Positions 17,281 to 26,789 are shown, numbered from the stretch's first letter. The stretch is 32,000 nt of DNA from Halogeometricum borinquense DSM 11551 (GCF_000172995.2 NC_014729.1:2400001-2432000); one strand, 5' to 3'. The notes: generated from the sequence alone by a model not told the origin. Program-made: numbers and translations.

Positions 17281-18216
17281 TCAGTCGGCGATGGCCTCGA
17301 CGGCGTCGTCTTCCCCGGTATCGGCCGCCTCCGAATCCCCGTCGTCGGAGTCACCACCCTCGTCTAATTCGACCGCCTCGGGGTTCTGCACCCAGAGGTC
17401 GCCGAACAGGTCGTCCTGTTGGAGGCGGACGACGCCGCGGTGCGAGAGGAACAGAAGTGAGAGATACGTCGTCACCGGCGTCGCTGCGACAGACCGGATT
17501 TCGGCGTACAGAACCTCGTCGCGGCCGTTCTCGTACTGGGATCTGAGTTCCGACTCGACGGTTTCGATAGACGACTCGATATCTTCCGTGTGCGTCGTCC
17601 CCGTCACGTCCGCGGCCGTCGGTTCGTCGTTATCCCGGAAGTCGTCCGCCGACCGGTAATCGAGCGTCTGCGTCCCGCGCCGGTAGCCTCGCGGCGAGTC
17701 GGAGGTGTCGTACTCGCGGCGACGCTTCCACCACGACTCGCGCTCGGCCTCGCGGAGTTCGCGGACGAGTTCGTCCAGCGTCTCCGGATTCCCGCGGGCG
17801 TGCTTCCGTTCCAGACGACGGTCCATCTCGGCTTCGAGCGCGTCAACCGGGTCGAAGCCGGGCGCGCCGTCCGCCTCGCCGTCGGCCATTTCGCCGCCGC
17901 CTTCGAGGGCCGCCTCCCACGGTTCGAGTTCCGGTTCCTCCTCTGCTGCATCCGGTTCCAACAGCGCGTCGGATTTCATCCGCAGGAGAACCGAGGCGTA
18001 GAACAGCGCCCGTCCTGACGTGCGTAGGTCAGCCGTATCGAGTCGTTCGAGGAACGCGTCGGTCACCTCGACCACGTCGATGTCCCACGGATCGATCTCG
18101 CCGTCCTCTGCGAGTTGCACGAGGAGTTCGACGGGTTCGACCTCGTCGTCGTCGTCCTCGGGCACATCAACCGAATCGGGCATCACCGCCTCGCGGACTG
18201 GCGCTCCCTCAGTCAT
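17281..18216 (-). CDS. scpA: segregation and condensation protein A (kleisin)
   Basis: PVELLVQLAEDGEIDPWDIDVVEVTDAFL and RALFYASVLLRMKS are ScpA N-terminal motifs. 8-nt ATGACTGA overlap with the smc stop. Confidence 0.9.
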   Translation of the reverse strand: MTEGAPVREAVMPDSVDVPEDDDDEVEPVELLVQLAEDGEIDPWDIDVVEVTDAFLERLDTADLRTSGRALFYASVLLRMKSDALLEPDAAEEEPELEPWEAALEGGGEMADGEADGAPGFDPVDALEAEMDRRLERKHARGNPETLDELVRELREAERESWWKRRREYDTSDSPRGYRRGTQTLDYRSADDFRDNDEPTAADVTGTTHTEDIESSIETVESELRSQYENGRDEVLYAEIRSVAATPVTTYLSLLFLSHRGVVRLQQDDLFGDLWVQNPEAVELDEGGDSDDGDSEAADTGEDDAVEAIAD

Positions 18217-21200
18217 CTGCCGTCGCCTCCGGGTTCTCCTCTTCTTCGCCGTCTCCGAGTTGGATACCCGTCACTGCGCTCACGTTGTCACCCTGCATCG
18301 TGACACCGATAGCGCGTTCAGAGCGCTCTAAGAGGGCAGAGCGGTGCGAGACGACGACGAACTGGGCGCGTCCGGCCAAGTCGTCCACCATCTCACCGAC
18401 GCGTTCGGCGTTTGCGGCGTCGAGGAACGCGTCAACCTCATCAAGCGCGTAGAACGGCGCGGGGTTGTGGCGCTGGATGGCGAAGATAAACGCCAGCGCC
18501 GTCAGCGACTTCTCGCCGCCGGACATCGCGTCGAGTCGCTGGATGGGCTTGTCGCCCGGTTGCGCTTTCATCGTCAGCCCCTCCTCGAACGGGTCCTCGG
18601 GGTTTTCGAGGTGGAGTTCGCCCGTCCCGTTCGAGAGGCGTTCGAAGATGTCGGTGAAGTTGTCGTTGATAGCGTCGAACGCCTCCATGAACGTCTCCTT
18701 TTTCTGCGCCTCGAACTGCTCGATGCGGTCTTGGATTCCCTGTCGTTCCTCTGCGAGCACGTCGCGGCCGTCCTGTAAGTCCTCTAAGTCGGCCTGCACT
18801 TCGTCGTACTCGTCGATTGCGAGCATGTTGACGGGTTCTAACGACTCCATTTTGCCCGTCAGCTGTTGGATGTTCTCTTGAACCTCGTCGTGGTCGGGAA
18901 TCTCCTCGGGGTCGTACTCGCCGACTTCGGCTTCGAGTTCGTCGATCTCCCACGCGAGGCGTTCGGCGCTCTCGCGGAGATTCTCGACGCGCGACTCCAC
19001 GCGCTCGACTTTGTCGCGCTGTTCGTCGCGTTCGGACTTTGCCTCCCGCACGTCTTCGCGGAGATCAGAGCGCTCGGCTTTCAGTTCCTTCAGTTCCGCT
19101 TCGAGGTCGGAGACGGCCTCGCGCTTCTCTTCGAGGACAGCCTCTTTCTCCTCGATTGCCTGCTCTTTCTCGCGGATGACATCGCGGGCGTCCGCCTTCC
19201 GGTCTTGGGCGCTCTCGACCGTCTCGTTCAGATCCTCGATGGCGTCCTCGGCGTACTCCTTCTCCAACTGGAGTTCGTTGAGGCGGCCATCGAGTTCGTC
19301 CATACGGTCTTCTTTCTCCTCGATTTCGGCGCGGATTTCGTCGGCCTGCGCCGTGAGTTCCGGAATCTTCGAGTCTGCGAGTTCGGACTCCAACTCGTCG
19401 ATCTCCGACTGCACGTCGTCGATGTCGGCGGTGAGCGCGTCGATGTCGGTGTCGAGTGACTGCATCTCCTCGTCCACTTCGGCGCGCTTTTCGCGGAGTT
19501 CCTCGATACGGTCTTCTAACTGCTCGATTTCCGCTTTTTTCTCCTCGACATCCTCTTCTGCGCGGTCGATGTCGGCTTCGACCGACCGAACTCGGTCGGC
19601 GGCGTCGGACGCCTTCTCGCGGGCGTCGTCCAACTGCGACTCGATATCGCGTATCTCCTGTTCGATCTCGCGTCGGTCGTCTTCGAGGTCGGAAATCTCG
19701 ACAGCGAGGCGTTCGAGTCGCCCCGACCCGGATTTCGAGAAGGAGTAGCGAGAGCCACCGCCGGATCCGCCGGTCATCGCGCCGGAACGTTCCACCAAGT
19801 CGCCGTCGAGCGTCACCATGCGGTAGTCGCCCATCAGCGACCGAGCGGTCTGCATATCCTCGACGACGAGCGTCGAACCGAGGACGTACGAGAAAATCGG
19901 CTCGTACTCCGCGTCGTACTCCACGATGTTGCGCGCGAAGTCCACGACGCCGGGGTCGCTCGGCTTCCGCGGCAGCCCCCGGTCGTCCATCTTCGTAATC
20001 GGGAGGAACGTCGCTCGGCCCGCGTTCCGCGATTTGAGGTAGTCGATACAGGAGGAGCCGACGCCGTCGTCGTCCACAACGACGTGTGCGAGGCGACCAC
20101 CGGCCGCCGTCTCACAGGCCGTCGCGTATTCGCCCGGCACCGACCCGAGTTGGCCGACGGTGCCGTGGACGCCGGATTGCCCGGAGTTGAGAATCGTCGT
20201 CACCGCTCGTGGCCACGACGTGTCGCCGTCCTTCCCGGCGCGGGCTTCGAGTTCGGCGTACTCGGACTGTTTGCTCCGGAGTTCGTCTTCCACCTCGTCG
20301 AGATCAGATTTGAGGTCCGAGCGGTCCTCGCGGAGATCCTCGATAACGCCGTCTATCTTCTGTTTGTTCTTTTCGGCCTTATCGAGTTCCGAGTGCAGAT
20401 CCGACAGTTTCGCTTTCAGAGTCGGCAGTTCTTCGCGGACCTCGCTGATCTTCTCTTGCGTTTCGGAAATCTCCGAAGACCGCCGTCGCGTATCGTCCAA
20501 GAGGCGGTCTTTCTCTCTCTGGAGGTCGTTTCGCTCCGTCTTCAGCTCTTCTAACTGCGATTTCTTCGCTGCGAGTTCGTCTTTGAGTTCGTCGAACTCG
20601 GTGTCCACGCTGTCAATCTCGGCCTCGACTTCGGCGAGCTCGGTCTCCTTGGTCTTGATCTCGGATTTGACCGACGCTTTCTCGACTTTGACCGCACGGA
20701 TGTCGTCTTCGACATCGTCTATCATCTCCTGCTTGCGGTCGAGTTCGACGAACGCCTTTCGGCGCTCCGTTTCGGCCTCGTCGATGCGGTCTTCGGCGGC
20801 CTCGATAGCGTTTTCTAACCGGTCGATCTCACCTTTGACCGACTCGATCTCGCTTTTGATACGGAGTTGTTCGTCCTCGCCTTTCCGCTCGATCTCCTTG
20901 GACAGTTCGTCCAGTTCGGCTTCGAGGCGTGAGACGCGTCCCTGTCGCGTGTCGAGTTCCTCGCGGAGCGATTCGAGTTTCTCGGCTTTCGTCTCGGCTT
21001 TCGACTCGGTGCGTTCGAGGTCCGCACGCTTGTCTTCGAGTTCAGCGGCTTTCAGATAGCCCTCGTACTCCTCGCGTTCCTCGCGGAGCGATTGGTACTT
21101 CAGCGCCGTCTCGCGTTCGTCTTCGAGTTGGTCGAGGCGTGACTCCTTCTCCTCGATGCGGAGGTCCGCCTCCTCGATGCGTTCTTCGACTGATTCGAGT

Positions 21201-21805
21201 TCGCCGAAGGCATCCTCCTTTTTCGCGTCGAACTCTGCGACGCCCGCGATTTCGTCGATGATGCCCCGTCGCTGGTACGGGGTCATATTGATAATCTCGG
21301 TCACGTCGCCCTGCATGACGACGTTGTACCCTTCGGGCGTGATACCGGCCTGCGCGAGGAGGTCCTGAATGTCCGAGAGGTTGCAGGAGCGGCCGTTGAG
21401 GTAGTAGTACGAATAGTAGTTCTCGTCGGTCTCCTTTACGCGACGCTTGACGCGTATCTCAGATACGTCGCCCACGTCGTCGCTCCCGGCGGCGTTGATC
21501 ACTTGGGACCGGTCGAGTTTCCCGTCGGAGTTATCGAGGATAACGGTGACGCTGGCTTCTTTCGTCCCACCAGCGCGTTCGCTCTCGGCGTCGGCGTGTC
21601 CGGGATTGTAGATGAGGTCAGTCAGTTTCTCCGCTCTGATACCTCGCGTGCGTGCGAGGCCAAGCGCGAACAGCACGCCGTCGATGATGTTCGACTTGCC
21701 GGAGCCGTTCGGGCCGGTAACTACCGTGAAGTCCTCGTAGAACGGGATTCGGGTCTTGCGCCCGAAGCTCTTGAATCCGTCAAGGACGAGCTCTTTGATG
21801 TGCAT
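18209..21805 (-). CDS. smc: chromosome segregation protein SMC
   Basis: 1198 aa with Walker A GPNGSGKSN, long coiled coils, a hinge (GVHGTVGQLG...), signature MSGGEKSLTALAF and Walker B FYALDEVDAFLD. Confidence 0.97.
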   Translation of the reverse strand: MHIKELVLDGFKSFGRKTRIPFYEDFTVVTGPNGSGKSNIIDGVLFALGLARTRGIRAEKLTDLIYNPGHADAESERAGGTKEASVTVILDNSDGKLDRSQVINAAGSDDVGDVSEIRVKRRVKETDENYYSYYYLNGRSCNLSDIQDLLAQAGITPEGYNVVMQGDVTEIINMTPYQRRGIIDEIAGVAEFDAKKEDAFGELESVEERIEEADLRIEEKESRLDQLEDERETALKYQSLREEREEYEGYLKAAELEDKRADLERTESKAETKAEKLESLREELDTRQGRVSRLEAELDELSKEIERKGEDEQLRIKSEIESVKGEIDRLENAIEAAEDRIDEAETERRKAFVELDRKQEMIDDVEDDIRAVKVEKASVKSEIKTKETELAEVEAEIDSVDTEFDELKDELAAKKSQLEELKTERNDLQREKDRLLDDTRRRSSEISETQEKISEVREELPTLKAKLSDLHSELDKAEKNKQKIDGVIEDLREDRSDLKSDLDEVEDELRSKQSEYAELEARAGKDGDTSWPRAVTTILNSGQSGVHGTVGQLGSVPGEYATACETAAGGRLAHVVVDDDGVGSSCIDYLKSRNAGRATFLPITKMDDRGLPRKPSDPGVVDFARNIVEYDAEYEPIFSYVLGSTLVVEDMQTARSLMGDYRMVTLDGDLVERSGAMTGGSGGGSRYSFSKSGSGRLERLAVEISDLEDDRREIEQEIRDIESQLDDAREKASDAADRVRSVEADIDRAEEDVEEKKAEIEQLEDRIEELREKRAEVDEEMQSLDTDIDALTADIDDVQSEIDELESELADSKIPELTAQADEIRAEIEEKEDRMDELDGRLNELQLEKEYAEDAIEDLNETVESAQDRKADARDVIREKEQAIEEKEAVLEEKREAVSDLEAELKELKAERSDLREDVREAKSERDEQRDKVERVESRVENLRESAERLAWEIDELEAEVGEYDPEEIPDHDEVQENIQQLTGKMESLEPVNMLAIDEYDEVQADLEDLQDGRDVLAEERQGIQDRIEQFEAQKKETFMEAFDAINDNFTDIFERLSNGTGELHLENPEDPFEEGLTMKAQPGDKPIQRLDAMSGGEKSLTALAFIFAIQRHNPAPFYALDEVDAFLDAANAERVGEMVDDLAGRAQFVVVSHRSALLERSERAIGVTMQGDNVSAVTGIQLGDGEEEENPEATADD

Positions 21806-21835
21806 GGGTTGCTCGTAAGGGGCAGAGCCACCCAG

Positions 21836-22321
21836 TTACGCGACGATAATATCGCTGTCGTCCTCGGCTGACTCCGCCTCGTCGTCACTCTCGGACTCGT
21901 CAGACTTGACTTCGTCGTCCTCGGACTCGGTGGGGTCGGAGACTGTCGAGTCGTTTGCATCCGCATCGATAAGACTCGCGTCGTCGGAGGGCTGAGCGGA
22001 CGTTTCGGCACGGGACATCGCCTGTGCGGGCGATTCGCGGAGATGGGAGTTTGAGTCGTCGGTCTGTTCGTCGGACTCGGCCTGCGCCGTCGTCTCGTCG
22101 CTTTGATCGGCAGCTTGCACTTCCGGCTCCGCGTCCGATTCGACGTCAGGTTGGGCGGGCGCGTGACCAACGGGCCGTGATCCGGCCGTGAGGTCAACCT
22201 CTACTTGGTCTTCGAGAAGACGGACGCGCTCTTTCGTCTCGACCAATTCTTCGGTCAGGCCATTGACGGCGGCCTGGAGTTCCGCGACTTTTGACTCAAG
22301 TTCCTCCACCCGGTTACTCAT
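21836..22321 (-). CDS. coiled-coil / acidic disordered protein preceding smc
   Basis: MSNRVEELESKVAELQAAVNGLTEELVETKERVRLLEDQVE, then about 115 aa of D/E/S/T-rich sequence. Lies 30 nt upstream of smc. I prefer ATG 22321 because a TATA-like element lies about 27 nt upstream. Confidence 0.6.
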   Translation of the reverse strand: MSNRVEELESKVAELQAAVNGLTEELVETKERVRLLEDQVEVDLTAGSRPVGHAPAQPDVESDAEPEVQAADQSDETTAQAESDEQTDDSNSHLRESPAQAMSRAETSAQPSDDASLIDADANDSTVSDPTESEDDEVKSDESESDDEAESAEDDSDIIVA

Positions 22322-22344
22322 GGGTGTACTCCCCGTGCGCTGGC

Positions 22345-22352
22345 ACATAAAC
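22345..22352 (-). promoter_or_regulatory. TATA-like element (GTTTATGT on minus strand) for the smc operon
   Basis: Centred about 27 nt upstream of ATG 22321. Confidence 0.4.
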
Positions 22353-22431
22353 GTACGTCAGACAGACAGACGGTATCTGACAACTATATTTCATTAATAT
22401 GGGGTGAAGTAATCGAACACCCACAACCGAC

Positions 22432-23265
22432 TCATCGGAGCTGTCGGTCCAGAAAGCCCTCAGACCAGTCGATAACCCAATCGAACTGCTCGTCGAGAAC
22501 GTGGTGGCCCACGCCGTCGGCGACGACGCACTCGGCGTCGATACCGGCTTCCTCTAAGCCGTCGTAGAACAACTCCGAAGCCATCGCCGGAAGCACATCG
22601 TCGTCGCCGCCGTGCAGGAGCAGCGTCGGCGGGCCCCCGTCGTCAAGGTGCGACGAGGGAGAGGCGAGTTCGTATCGCTCCGGAACCTCGTTCCGTGACC
22701 CGCCCAAAAACGCCGTCAGTTCGGCTCTGTCCGGCGTGTGTTCGAAGTTGTACAGCCCACCAACCCCGACTGTCGCGGTCACGGCGTCGGAGGTGTTGGC
22801 AACGGCGTCGGAGACGTGGGCAGGGTCGGGTGCGAGTCGCGGGTCGTTGCCCGTGAGAGCGGCGAGAACGGCGAGATGCGCCCCTGTCGAGGGGCCGAAC
22901 GTAGCGATGCGGTCGGGGGCCACACCGACAGCGTCTGCGTTCGCGCGACACCACCGAATCGCCGCTTTCACGTCGCGTATTGCGGCTGGGAACGTCGCCT
23001 CGCGGCTCAAGCGGAAGTCGGGGACGGCGCAGACAAACCGACGTTCCGCAAGCGAGAGTGCGACCTGCGTCAGATCACTCCGGTCGCCCGCGTGCCAGCC
23101 GCCGCCGTGGAGCAGGACGACGAGTGCGCGTCGGGCACCTGACCCGCCAGCGGGCCGGTAGACATCGAGTCGGAGCGAACGCTGCGGCGGCGAGGCGAAC
23201 GTCACGTCGCGGACAACTTCAACCGGCGGCGAACCGAACGATGCTCGCATCTGTCGGGGCGTCAC
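22432..23265 (-). CDS. alpha/beta hydrolase (esterase/lipase-like, HGGG type)
   Basis: LLHGGGW oxyanion motif, nucleophile elbow GPSTG and a C-terminal HHVL histidine region. Confidence 0.8.
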   Translation of the reverse strand: MTPRQMRASFGSPPVEVVRDVTFASPPQRSLRLDVYRPAGGSGARRALVVLLHGGGWHAGDRSDLTQVALSLAERRFVCAVPDFRLSREATFPAAIRDVKAAIRWCRANADAVGVAPDRIATFGPSTGAHLAVLAALTGNDPRLAPDPAHVSDAVANTSDAVTATVGVGGLYNFEHTPDRAELTAFLGGSRNEVPERYELASPSSHLDDGGPPTLLLHGGDDDVLPAMASELFYDGLEEAGIDAECVVADGVGHHVLDEQFDWVIDWSEGFLDRQLR

Positions 23266-23290
23266 CGTACGGCCGTGAATAGCTTGCGCT

Positions 23291-23317
23291 TATTCTCGGA
23301 GGGGGTGTCCGAGAATA
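23291..23317. repeat. perfect 10-bp inverted repeat TATTCTCGGA-GGGGGTG-TCCGAGAATA
   Basis: Read directly from the sequence. The left arm overlaps the AATAAG TATA-like box about 26 nt upstream of the hydrolase start at 23265. Confidence 0.9.
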
Positions 23318-23366
23318 GAGGCAAACTGTGGCAGAATCACCGGTCGTGTGATGACCGTCCCGTTAG

Positions 23367-23375
23367 TCTTTAGCC
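23367..23375 (+). promoter_or_regulatory. TATA-like element (TCTTTAGCC) upstream of gatB
   Basis: Centred about 27 nt before ATG 23398. Confidence 0.4.
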
Positions 23376-23397
23376 GCCCGCCGTCAAATCGCGCGTA

Positions 23398-24888
23398 ATG
23401 ACCGCGAAGGCGCTCTCTCAGCGCGACCTCGCCACCGTCATCGGGCTGGAGGTCCACGTTCAGCTCGAAACGGACACCAAGATTTTCTGCGGGTGTTCGA
23501 CCGACGCGGCGGAAGACGAAGAACCGAACACGCGGACGTGCCCGGTCTGTCTCGGCCTACCAGGCGCGCTTCCCGTCCTGAACGAAGGTGCCGTCGAAGC
23601 CGCCGTCAAAGTGGGGAAGGCGCTCGACGCGACTGTCGCCGAACACACCCGGTTCCACCGGAAGAACTACTACTACCCCGACCTGCCGAAGAACTTCCAG
23701 ATCACGCAGTACGACGCACCGATCTGCGCCGACGGCACGCTGGAAGTCTCCGTCGAGGGCGAGCGCCGCGAAGTCGGTATCGAGCGCGCCCACCTCGAAG
23801 AGGACCCCGGCAGCCTCCAGCACAAAGGTGGGAGCATCGACACCGCAGATTACACGCTCGTCAACTACAACCGCGCGGGGACGCCGCTAATGGAGATTGT
23901 GACGAAACCCGACTTCCGCAGTCCGCAGGAGACCCGGGCGTTCCTGGCTAAGTTGGAGGAAGTCCTCGAATATCTCGGCGTCTTCGACGCGACGCGCGAC
24001 GGGTCGCTCCGTATCGACGCGAACATCTCGATGGTCCCGGCCGATGAAGTCGGAGACGACGGCAGTATCGCCGACGAGACGCTGGCCGCTGCGAACCGCA
24101 CCGAGGTGAAGAACATCTCCAGCCACAAGGGCGCAGAGAAAGCGCTCGCCTACGAGGTGACGCGACAGAAGAACGCGATCTCGCGTGGCCGCGCCATCGA
24201 ACAGGAGACGCGCCACTGGGACGAATCGCGCGGTATCACCGTCTCGATGCGGTCGAAAGAAGAAGAGAAAGACTACCGCTACTTCCGCGAAGCCGACCTG
24301 CCGCCCCTCGAGGTCGCAGACTGGAAAGAGAAAATAGACATTCCGGAACTGCCGGATGCCCGCCGCGAACGCTTCCGTGAGGAGTACGGTCTCGATTCGG
24401 AATCTGCCTCAAAGCTCACCTCCACGAAGGAAGTCGCAGACTTCTACGAGGACGTGGCTGACAAGTTCGACCCGAGTCTCGCGGCAACGTGGGTGGCCGA
24501 CAACTTGCTCGGCGAACTCAACTACCGCGACATGCAGATTACGGAGATCACGCACCGGCTGGACGAGTTCACTCGACTGGTCGAACTCGTTGATGCGGGC
24601 GACATTACCACAAAGAACGCCGAAGAGGTCGTTCTTCGGCGGATGCTCGACGATGGCGAGTCACCGGACGACATCGTCGAAGCGGAAGGACTCGGCGCGG
24701 CTGACGACGACGAAGTTGTCACTGCCGTCACCGAAGCCATCGAGGAGAACCCCGATGCTGTCGAGGACTACCACGCGGGCGAAGGTGGCGCGATCAACTT
24801 CCTCGTCGGCCAAGTGATGCAGAAGACCGGCGGGAGCGCAGACCCCGGCGATGTGAACCAGATGCTGCGCGACGAGTTAGACGAGTAG
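23398..24888 (+). CDS. gatB: Asp-tRNA(Asn)/Glu-tRNA(Gln) amidotransferase subunit B
   Basis: 496 aa with IGLEVHVQL, CPVCLGLPGALPVLN, NYYYPDLPKNFQITQ and a C-terminal YqeY-like tail. Confidence 0.95.
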   Translation: MTAKALSQRDLATVIGLEVHVQLETDTKIFCGCSTDAAEDEEPNTRTCPVCLGLPGALPVLNEGAVEAAVKVGKALDATVAEHTRFHRKNYYYPDLPKNFQITQYDAPICADGTLEVSVEGERREVGIERAHLEEDPGSLQHKGGSIDTADYTLVNYNRAGTPLMEIVTKPDFRSPQETRAFLAKLEEVLEYLGVFDATRDGSLRIDANISMVPADEVGDDGSIADETLAAANRTEVKNISSHKGAEKALAYEVTRQKNAISRGRAIEQETRHWDESRGITVSMRSKEEEKDYRYFREADLPPLEVADWKEKIDIPELPDARRERFREEYGLDSESASKLTSTKEVADFYEDVADKFDPSLAATWVADNLLGELNYRDMQITEITHRLDEFTRLVELVDAGDITTKNAEEVVLRRMLDDGESPDDIVEAEGLGAADDDEVVTAVTEAIEENPDAVEDYHAGEGGAINFLVGQVMQKTGGSADPGDVNQMLRDELDE

Positions 24889-24977
24889 CTCTTCCGCAGT
24901 CTGGCGTTTCGTCTCTCAGGTCACCGTTCGCGTACAGCTACGCCGACAGGCAGCCACGCGTGACGACGCAGCGCGAC

Positions 24978-25163
24978 CTACGCTGACTGGCCTGCCTCGT
25001 GGATGTACTGTTCGAGTGGAACGAACGCGGTCGAACCGCACGCGGAACACTCGGCCGGTGCCTCGAAGTGATGTGTGTCCCCACGTTTCAGCACTGTCCC
25101 GGCGTAGATCGCCTGACAACCCTTGCAGACGTACTGTTCGGGGATATCCGGTGTGTGAGACAT
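24978..25163 (-). CDS. small zinc-finger protein (61 aa)
   Basis: MSHTPDIPEQYVCKGCQAIY...ECSACGSTAF has two C-x2-C pairs and acidic composition. Confidence 0.55.
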   Translation of the reverse strand: MSHTPDIPEQYVCKGCQAIYAGTVLKRGDTHHFEAPAECSACGSTAFVPLEQYIHEAGQSA

Positions 25164-25238
25164 GTGCTATTATACATCATATGGCTACTTGGCACTTGTT
25201 ACGACCAGCAAGACAGTCGGGAACTCCAACTGAGCCAC

Positions 25239-26636
25239 TCAGTCAGCTACCGACGGCGTCTCGTCGGTGTCTCGGTGGGCGTCATCGTCTTCGGTGTCGT
25301 CCTCGTCCACGACGGCAGAGCGCCACTCACCGTGGAGGAACCACAGACAGCCGACGACGAAGGTGACGATGCCGGAGAGCGACAGCCCCCACCAGAGACC
25401 GGTGACGCCCCACGAGAGGGTGTACGCGAGGACGAATGCCGCCGGAAAGCGGACGACCCACCGGGAGATGAGCGATAGCACCATCGAAACACGGGTTCGG
25501 CCGGCACCGCGGAACGCTCCCTGAATTACCATCAGGCCGCCGAGGAACGCCCAGAACGGTGCAATTATCGTGAGCATCTCGACCCCCGCGGCGACAACGG
25601 GGGCGTCGTCGATAAACACGCGCATGAAGACAGCGGGGAACGCCCAGACGACGCCTCCGACGGCACCGAGAATCGCCATCGTTCCCGCGGTGGCCTTCCA
25701 CGTCACTTCCGCCGCACGGTCCGGCGTGTTCGCGCCGAGGTTCTGACCGACACCTGTCGCGGCGGCCTGTCCGACTGCGCCTGAGACGGTCCACGAGACA
25801 GACATCAGGCGAAGCCCGATTCCGTAGGCGGCGGTGGCGACAGAACCGAATCGGGCGACGAGTGCAGCGAGGGCAACAGCGGCGAAACTCCGAGCCAAGC
25901 CGTCCAGCGTCGCCGGATACCCCACATCAACGAGTTTGCGGAGGAGCGTCGGATCCGGCCGGAGGTCGGGGATGCGAAGGCGCGCCCCCCATCCACCGTG
26001 GAGGAGAATCGAGAGTCCGGCGGCGGCGGCGACGATGCGTGCGACAAGCGTTGCGACCGCGGCACCGCGCGTCCCCATCGCCGAGAACGGGCCGTAGCCG
26101 AGGATGAAAAGCGGATCCAAAATGACGTTGAGACCGGCGCTGACGACGACCAACCACATCGCCGTGCGGGTATCTCCCGCCCCGCGGAGGACGGCCCGGA
26201 AGGCGAAGAAGACGAACGTGAACGGGAGCGTCACGAACAACACTTCGGCGTAGGCGAGTGCTTCAGTGTAGACGCGACCCTGCGCACCGATGAGTGTAAG
26301 AAGTTGGTGTCTGCCAAGATAGCCGATGATTGCGAGGAGGACGCCGACGCCGATAGCGAGAAGCAGCGACTGGCCGACGACACGTTCGGCCGCTCGGTCG
26401 TCGCCTGCCCCGACGTGCTGGGAGACGAGGGCGACGGCAGCGGCCGTGACGCCCATGGCGACGGAGACGAACATCCACGCGGTGGGGAACATGAGGGAGA
26501 CGGCGGCGACGGCCTTGGGACCGACGCGACCGACCCAGAACATATCCGCGAGATTGTAGAACGTCTGGAGGAGATTCCCCGCGACGAGAGGCCACGAGAG
26601 AGAGACGAGTTTTGGCGTAATCGCCCCGCTTGTCAT
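25239..26636 (-). CDS. MATE-family efflux transporter
   Basis: MTSGAITPKLVSLSWPLVAGNLLQTFYNLADMFWVGRVG is a typical MATE N-terminus, followed by about 12 TM segments. The track ORF N-terminal 116 aa run through the topA promoter and are rejected. Confidence 0.85.
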   Translation of the reverse strand: MTSGAITPKLVSLSWPLVAGNLLQTFYNLADMFWVGRVGPKAVAAVSLMFPTAWMFVSVAMGVTAAAVALVSQHVGAGDDRAAERVVGQSLLLAIGVGVLLAIIGYLGRHQLLTLIGAQGRVYTEALAYAEVLFVTLPFTFVFFAFRAVLRGAGDTRTAMWLVVVSAGLNVILDPLFILGYGPFSAMGTRGAAVATLVARIVAAAAGLSILLHGGWGARLRIPDLRPDPTLLRKLVDVGYPATLDGLARSFAAVALAALVARFGSVATAAYGIGLRLMSVSWTVSGAVGQAAATGVGQNLGANTPDRAAEVTWKATAGTMAILGAVGGVVWAFPAVFMRVFIDDAPVVAAGVEMLTIIAPFWAFLGGLMVIQGAFRGAGRTRVSMVLSLISRWVVRFPAAFVLAYTLSWGVTGLWWGLSLSGIVTFVVGCLWFLHGEWRSAVVDEDDTEDDDAHRDTDETPSVAD

Positions 26637-26764
26637 GTCGATTCGACTTCGGCGTCCTGACACAGTACCCTCACGTTTACGTACTGATACGTATGTGTTG
26701 GGGGAGTTGTTCCGGCTTGCCGATTTTTGGACGACGGGCGATGTGATCCGAGGAACGACGCGGT

Positions 26765-26789
26765 GACGAACGCCGCCAACACGTTCGTC
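26765..26789. repeat. 8-bp inverted repeat GACGAACG-(9 nt)-CGTTCGTC
   Basis: Read directly from the sequence, inside the 247-bp MATE/topA divergent spacer. Confidence 0.8.

Noticed and set aside
19011-21059. Ser-rich plus-strand ORFs (245 and 299 aa) opposite smc that look like low-complexity repeat proteins.
   Set aside because: The Ser richness is the mirror image of the Glu/Asp/Leu-rich SMC coiled-coil codons. It is not an independent gene or a DNA tandem repeat.
22359-22371. Short (CAGA)3 microsatellite in the smc-operon upstream spacer.
   Set aside because: Three units only. It is too short to be meaningful and lies upstream of the putative TATA box.
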